Shown in pieces: positions 57,609 through 64,000 of a DNA stretch of 64,000 bases; position 1 is the first letter of the stretch; every line of letters begins with the position of its first letter. The stretch is from assembly GCA_951406725.2 (NCBI GenBank), contig OX597819.1, positions 100,564,001-100,628,000 of the forward strand, in the 5' to 3' direction. Under the pieces are notes generated by a model. That model searched no databases. It had not been told where the DNA came from and worked only from the letters and a program-made list of their open reading frames with translations. The position numbers and the translations under genes were made by a program. The stretch is from Octopus vulgaris. Taxonomy: Eukaryota.

Positions 57609-57612
<4 letters not shown>
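56260..57612 (+). mobile_element. Penelope-like element 3' end: GIY-YIG C-terminus (56260-56420), CA-rich spacer, decayed HHR (57507-57541), ending in (TA)n
   Basis: DTPVSLHFCSTGHSLPLSEFGLVLHRGQSDSCLHRKQ / FIYSLHSSVSNVLN resembles PVA.HF...GHS..L...GL......R..RE..LI..L.T..P.GLN; gagc gtag gctc GAAAC. Confidence 0.65.
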
Positions 57613-57639
<27 letters not shown>

Positions 57640-58194
57640 ATATCTCTGAGTGAGGTATAGACAGTAGCTGCACGACATGCCCACAAGTACACTGCTGTTT
57701 CTTGCAAGAAATTTTTTTCCTTCAGAAAAGCATAAGAAATTTCGATATGTATTAGATATGTTTGATTGGCCAGTTCATTTCTTTTCAAGAATCCCTGACC
57801 AATTGCATTTTAACTATTACCATTTTATATTTTTCTTTGTGTATCTATTTATTTGTTTTTTTTGTCACATCAGAACACATTTTCACAGTGTTTTCATTTT
57901 TCTTAGAGACGATAGTTGTAATTTTAGAGACAGTCGCTGTTAGTTTAAAGGGAACGATTAACTACGGAGATTCATCCTGGCTGAGTCGATTGATACACGT
58001 TGATATGATATATATATTTGCGACTATCTGTACAGGAATGCCTAAATAATTTTGTTAGATTAATCTTGTGGAAGATGCAATGAGAATTGCATTTGTAGAC
58101 ACTCTGAGATAAGATAGACTGTTGCAACATGTTGTTTAAGAAATTAATTACTGTTGTATAATCAATATATTTAGTAATACCTCCTACAGAAGTA

Positions 58195-58420
58195 GTTCTA
58201 TATTTGGTAATGTCTGCAAAGGAATACTATATTCTGCAATGTCTGAGATATAATAATATATTTGATCAAATCTGTGACAGAATACAAGATTTGGTAAAAA
58301 CTGCGACAGAATTGAAACTATATTCTGTAACACTTGTGACAAAATAACCACTATATGTTTAAATGTTATGACAGAATGGATACTAAGTGTGGTAAAGACT
58401 GTAGCGGGAAAATTAACTAA
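58195..58420. repeat. Degenerate minisatellite, unit about 29-33 bp
   Basis: About 7 units of the type tatatttggtaa..tctgtgacagaat..ac. Confidence 0.55.
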
Positions 58421-58644
58421 GGCATTCTGGAAAATAATATTTGATAATGTTGAAAATAACATTGATGACATTTTTAGAAACAATTTTATTAGGCTATGAA
58501 TGGTTACCCGCTAAATTACCTGCTGCCGTATACCTTTTATCAAGGAATATGCATACTGAGGTAATTACCAGAAGTGCATTTAGATATATCAATTCCTTAG
58601 AGGCGTTAAACACCTCTAACTTATACCTGTATATTTAGATGAGC

Positions 58645-58984
58645 TGAGCTGAGACCCCCTTCGGTCATGACTGACCATGGGATTGCATCTAGAAAGTTAC
58701 CCTCCGAGGCACAAGTCCAGGTAAGGTTGTTTGTGGAAGACCAGCAGTCACCCATGCATACCGGCATACTCTCTCCACGCCACCAGTGTTATCCAAGGGA
58801 AAGGCAAGGGCCGATACAGCTTGGCACCTGTGACGTCGCAACTCATTTCTACAGCTGAGTGAACTGGAGCAACGTGAAATAAAGTGTCTTGCTCAAGAAC
58901 ACAACACGCAGCCCGGTCCGGGATTCGAACTCAACCTCACAACATAAACTCGAGGCTCTAACCACTGAGCCATGCGCCTTCACA
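58645..58984 (-). mobile_element. tRNA-derived SINE family D (V-domain-like)
   Basis: Minus-strand A box tggctcagtgg, B box gagttcgaatccc, then gtgttcttgagcaagacactttatttcacgttgctccagttcactcagctgtagaaatgagt. Confidence 0.75.
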
Positions 58985-59606
58985 CCTCTATGTATAAATA
59001 TATATAGGCCGACAGAATTAATACTAGGCTTACGAAGAATAAGTTAGTTTGGCTAAAACCCTTTGAGGTGGTGCTCTAGCATGGAAACAGTGAAATGACT
59101 GAAAGATATAAAAGAGTAACAGAATAAAAAAATATATCAAGTCAAGTGATATATATATATATATGACAGATAAACATTTATATTCAAAAAACGTTAGCAC
59201 CGTAAATGTAGAACGCCTTATAAGCAAATATGACCATCTACCTATGAGGCACGATGCAATTCTCAGAAAGGAGAGACTTGAAGGATAATATGTTACAGTG
59301 TTGTAAATGATATACTTGCTGTTAACACGTTGGAGCGTTCCTCTTGAAGTTTTTACAAAATTACTCACAACGGCCACAACACTATGACTTGGCATAGACA
59401 AGGAAAAAGTGCATAGTAGTAGAAATTAAGTAACGAAGAACTGTCTACATAAAATTAAAGAGAGAGAAAAACAACATATATATATGTGTGTGTATATGTA
59501 TGTATGTCTGTGTGTATGTATGTATGTATGTATGTATGTATGTATGTATGTATGTATGTATGTATGTATGTATGTATGTATGTATGTATGTATGTATGTA
59601 TGTATA

Positions 59607-59924
59607 CGTGCAGATATGTATGCTTTGCTTTATGTAATCTCATGCATATACTTGCATATCTAGATATGGTCATATATACTTAAATTATAAACTTCCGGAA
59701 TGTTTTACAGATTTTTACAGTTCCAGTGATGGATTGGGTCTGTATTCTTTGAATCAGCTTTCTCCATTCTGATTTTGACAAACCTACTTTCTCAAGATTG
59801 GTGTTAGGCAGTGTGTTGCATATCCCAGTGTCCTAACAGTTACAGGTATAGACCTGGTATTCTCTTTTTCACTAATATTCAACGTTATGTTAACATCCGC
59901 TGAACAGCTGATTTCCACAACTGT
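59607..59924 (-). mobile_element. R4/RLE-type non-LTR retrotransposon 3' fragment within (TATG)n
   Basis: TVVEISCSADVNITLNISEKENT..IPVTVRTLGYATHCL / TNLEKVGLSKSEWRKLIQRIQTQSITGTVKICKTF, parallel to the RLE C-terminus of the adjacent Dong element. Confidence 0.65.
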
Positions 59925-60741
59925 ATGTATGTATGTATGTATGTATGTATGTATGTATGTATGTATGTATGTATGTATGTATGTATGTATAAAGTATTCA
60001 TGAAAAAGCTTATTAAGCCAAAACCGGACTAAAACTTTATTCGATTAAATGGTTGACTGAAGAACTTGCACTTTATAAAATCACAAGAGCTCACATTTAA
60101 TAAGAACATTATTATTAGAAACCGGTAATTTAACTCTAAAAGTATGTAAAATATTGCACAACTTTAGACTGTTGTATTTATGTATACGCGTCTTATGTTA
60201 TGTATACTATTCATATATACACATCAGATGTGCTCTTGACCTGCTTGCTGATGGCTTTCATCAATCGGCTGAGATTATTGTTGTTAATGGTCTGTATCTG
60301 CTTGATGTCTGCTAGCGAAGAATATGATGACATACATGGCTAGATGACACATACTACTAGTGGCCTCCACAACTTTCCAAATCAGAATATAAATGATTCA
60401 GCCACATCCAAGATGCTGACGTTCTCCGAGGCAATATGGCCAGCAGTTAGACATAGGGGTGCAGCAAACTTCTACGTGTTCTGTGATAGATCTGGTCTGC
60501 CATATTGATGCTAGCAATACATCTACAGAACAAAATAACGAGCAATTCAATATTTCAAGACTGGGGTGTAATATTGGTTCTAAATTTCAGCACAACGCCA
60601 GTAATTTCGAGTGGGATGGGGTATGAGTCGATTATATCAATACTAGTGCTCAACAGGTATTTATTTTCTATATGTAAGAGATGATGAATTATGTGCATTA
60701 TTTACATTTGACGGATTTTTGTCCTCATCTTGTTTGTTGTT

Positions 60742-60787
60742 AACACAATATTTCGGCTGATATACACTCCAGCCTTCATCAGGTGTC
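60742..60787 (-). ncRNA. Minimal type I hammerhead ribozyme, intact core
   Basis: gacac CTGATGA a ggctgg agtgtata tcagcc GAAA ta TT gtgtt; stems I and II pair; palindromic stem III AATATT. Confidence 0.8.
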
Positions 60788-60820
60788 TTGGTGAAATTTT
60801 GAACCTGAGTTCTCATTCGA

Positions 60821-60854
<34 letters not shown>

Positions 60855-62920
60855 TTTATAGCGTGCTTTCACTTCACTACCGAGCGCAGCTCTGTGTGCC
60901 TTAGGTATGTGCTGTGATTTGTTGTGATGCTCTGATGGTTATTGTATGGAAAGTGCGTAGGATGTGTGCAGTGCCTAGTAGTGCAATTTTCTGTATGTTA
61001 TATGTGTTTGTAAGTCCTGGTGTTTTTGTTATGTATTTGTCTGAATATCTTTTTATCGTGCCTAATGCACCTACTATGATAGGAATTGTTTCTGTTTTTA
61101 GATTCCACATTGTGGTTACCTCTATTTTCAGGTCTTTGTATTTTGAAAGTTTCTCCATTTCTTTTAGAGACACGTTGTCATCTGCTGGTATTGATACATC
61201 AATTAGAAGCATTTTTTCTTCATAATCTCCGACAACTATATCTGGTCTGTTGGTCTAATTTCTCTATCTGTGTGTATCGGCATATCCCAGAGTATGGTTG
61301 CTTTCTCGTGTGTGCCTATACCATCTTTTTTCTGTTGTTATTCCATAATGTTGGCATAGCTTCCAGTGTATGTAGGTCCCAACTCTGTCGTGTCTGTGAA
61401 TATATTCCTTCTTAGCCAGGACTGGGCAGCTAGAGATAATATGATTTATTGTTTCTTGTCCATCTCCACATATTCTGCAGTTACTTGTTATATTTCTTTT
61501 CATTACATGTTTTTGGTAATTTCTGGCGGAGAGGCTTTGGTCTTGTGCTGCAATTAGAAATCCCTCTGTTTCTGCTTTGAGTCCTGAGCTTCTCAACCAT
61601 TGCTGGGATTTTTCTTGTCTATTTCTTTTGCATTTAGTTTAGTCCAGTATTTGACATGAAGGGGCTTTTCTTGCCATCGTTTTATCATGGTTCGTTGCTG
61701 TTCTAGTTTTAGTTTCGATTTCATTTGTTTTATAGCTTTTGTTATTTCTTCATCTTCTTCTTATTCATATTTGTTAGGTGGTATAATTTCTTGTTTGTAT
61801 TTGTCAGCTTCCTTAAATACTGAGAACAGTTTTTTTGTTTTGCTCGTGTTTTGCCGCTATTTGTATCAGTTTTCCTTCCTTCTGAAGTAGATATTTTTGC
61901 AGTCCTATGGTGGTTATTTTATAGTAGTTTTCCAGCTGTATAAGGCCTCTACCACCTTCTATACGTTGTATATATAGTCTTTCTATGTCAGATTTTGGGT
62001 GATGCATCCTAGATCCTGTCATTATTTTTCTTGTTTTCCTATCTATTTTGGTCAGTTTATTTAGTGTCCAGTTAAGGATATTGTAGCTGTAACTTATAAC
62101 TGGGACAGCTAAAGTGTTAATACCTATTATCTTGTTTTTAGCATTGAGCTCTGTTTTAGTATTGATCTAACTCGTCTATAATATTCTTTTTTTATTTTCT
62201 CTTTCATTTGTGTGTGTTGTGTCTTATCTAGTTGATGGATTCCTAAGTATTTGTAAGTTTAGCTTTGGTCTAATTCTTTTATTTCATTGGTTTTATCTCG
62301 TGTGATGTTGCTACTCTTAACTATTTTTTATTCTTTTCATGGTTACTTTGACGCATTTTTCTAATCCAAATTTCATATCTATTTCTTTGGTGGATCCATG
62401 AACTGACTTTAATAGTGTTTCCAGCTGTTTGTCAGTTGCAGTGCATAGTTTTAGGTCATCCATATATAAAAGGTGGCTGATCGTTTTGCCGTAACATTTA
62501 TATCCGCATCCAGTTCTATTTAGCATATCAGATAGAGGTGACAGTGCCAAGCAGAAAAGGAGTGGACAGAGCGTGTCTCCCTGGAATATTCCTCTTCTAA
62601 TGGGGATGGCTTTGGTTTTCATGAGTCCCTCTTTTGTTTGGAGCTGTAGCACTGTTTGCCATTTATTCATAGAGTGTCCTATGTATTTTATAATTGTTGG
62701 TGCTACTTTGTTAATGGCTAGTGTTTCGAGGATCCATGTGTGGGGGATGCTATCAAACGACTTTCTGTAGTCGATCCAGGCCATACTGAGGCCTTTCTTC
62801 TTTCTGTGGCTGTCTCCAGTTATGGCTTTATTGATCAGTAGTTGATCTTTACAGCCGTATGAGCCTTTGCGGCATCCTTTCTGCTCATCTGGAAACAGGT
62901 TGTTTTCGTTCAGGTGCTTT
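60855..62920 (-). mobile_element. R4/Dong-clade LINE, 5'-truncated and frameshifted, inserted in (TAA)n
   Basis: RT (EQKGCRKGSYGCKDQL, WIDYRKSFDSIPH, RGIFQGD, HLLYMDDLK), GGRGL, CCHC knuckle CRICGDGQETINHIISSC, RHD, RLE IDVSIPADD...KYKDL; 3' end abuts (TTA)n. Confidence 0.92.
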
Positions 62921-62926
62921 GGCCAC

Positions 62927-63255
62927 TTGGGGTAGCCTGCGCTCTTAAACACTACGCCATATGCCCGTGGGCAATTATGGAATGAATTTTTAGGGCTTAT
63001 GAATATAATATTTTCCTATCCTTCCTTAATACCGGTTCCCATATGCTATTCATATCTGCACTCGGTTTGCTTAGGAGGCACATATGCTAGGACACAGCAA
63101 CCTCCTAAGCAGACCGAATGCAGATATTAATAAAATATGGGAACCGGTATTAAAGAAGGATATAATAATAGTAGATTTATAAGCACTAAAATTCACTCCA
63201 TAATTGCCCACGAGCATATGGCGTAGTGGTTAAGAGAGCGGGTTACTAACCCCAA
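62927..63255. repeat. Imperfect palindrome of about 330 bp with a tRNA-like module in each arm
   Basis: Arms about 150 bp, loop 63079-63100; A box tggcgtagtgg at about 63219 and its reverse complement at about 62950. Confidence 0.85.
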
Positions 63256-63282
63256 TATTCGGAATTCGGTGCCAGGTAGTGA

Positions 63283-63339
<57 letters not shown>

Positions 63340-63393
63340 TAATAACATCTAAATTTCCCTACGAATGAAAACCCAGGTTCGAAATTTCCCCAA

Positions 63394-63431
63394 GACGCCT
63401 GATGTTGGCTGGAGGGTATATCAGCCGAAAC
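63394..63431 (+). ncRNA. Decayed hammerhead, inverted paralog of 60742-60787
   Basis: gacgc CTGATGT t ggctggagggtatatcagcc GAAAC, then a deletion at an AAAC microhomology. Confidence 0.65.
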
Positions 63432-64000
63432 AAGACGAGGAAAAATATCCATCAAATTTAAATAACGTAAGGTATTTATTTTAGTCTAGCAAGGATGAAA
63501 GGCAAAATTGATCTCCCCGGAATTTGAGCATAGATTCTGCAGCTCGCTACTTTAAGAATATGTATTTTTAAGCTGGGTCCTCTTCTATATGCGGTTCGCT
63601 AATTTTTTCTCCCCCCACCCAAAAAAAAAAGTTTAAAATAACAACTCGACGAATCCTGTATGCATTGCTATGTATAGGTAAAAAAAAAGCACGTACCCAC
63701 ACAATAAAATGTCTACACGCACAGATATACACATTGTACATAGGAACATTTAAACATGGCCACCTAGTCGATATTTCGTAAATTCCAATATAATAGCTTA
63801 AATCGACTCTTTTACTTGAAAAATTTTACATGTTTATATTTTAGCGGTAAATATATTTAATATTTACATATATAAGTAAATAGTAACAAAACGGGGGAAA
63901 AAACATGCTTAAGAAAACGAATAATAAATCAAGTTGTTTATGCAGGAACTATCCAGTTACGTCCGTCCCTACAGTTAATGAATAAAATATTACAATATTA

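Overview
Eukaryotic, AT-rich, microsatellite-saturated non-coding DNA. The SINE families and repeat style point to an octopus (coleoid cephalopod) genome, which is an inference. I find no credible host protein-coding exon: nearly all listed ORFs are simple-repeat artefacts, and the real coding remnants belong to transposons. These are a CR1 LINE, an R4/Dong LINE plus a second R4-like fragment, mariner and maT transposases, a Tx1-like RT scrap, and three Penelope-like (PLE) GIY-YIG endonuclease remnants that the ORF track misses. Four tRNA-derived SINE families and a TA-flanked fold-back MITE are also present. The main hidden signal is a recurrent set of minimal hammerhead-ribozyme (HHR) motifs (CUGANGA...GAAA, short palindromic stem III, NUH): about a dozen intact or decayed copies from several unrelated families. 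They lie downstream of the PLE endonuclease remnants or in the arms of tail-outward inverted repeats embedded in (TA)n/(TAA)n microsatellites. One is a composite tRNA-like + (TAA)n + HHR palindromic element whose TAA tract was then hit by a Dong LINE. All motif, fold and translation calls were made by eye, and boundaries are approximate.
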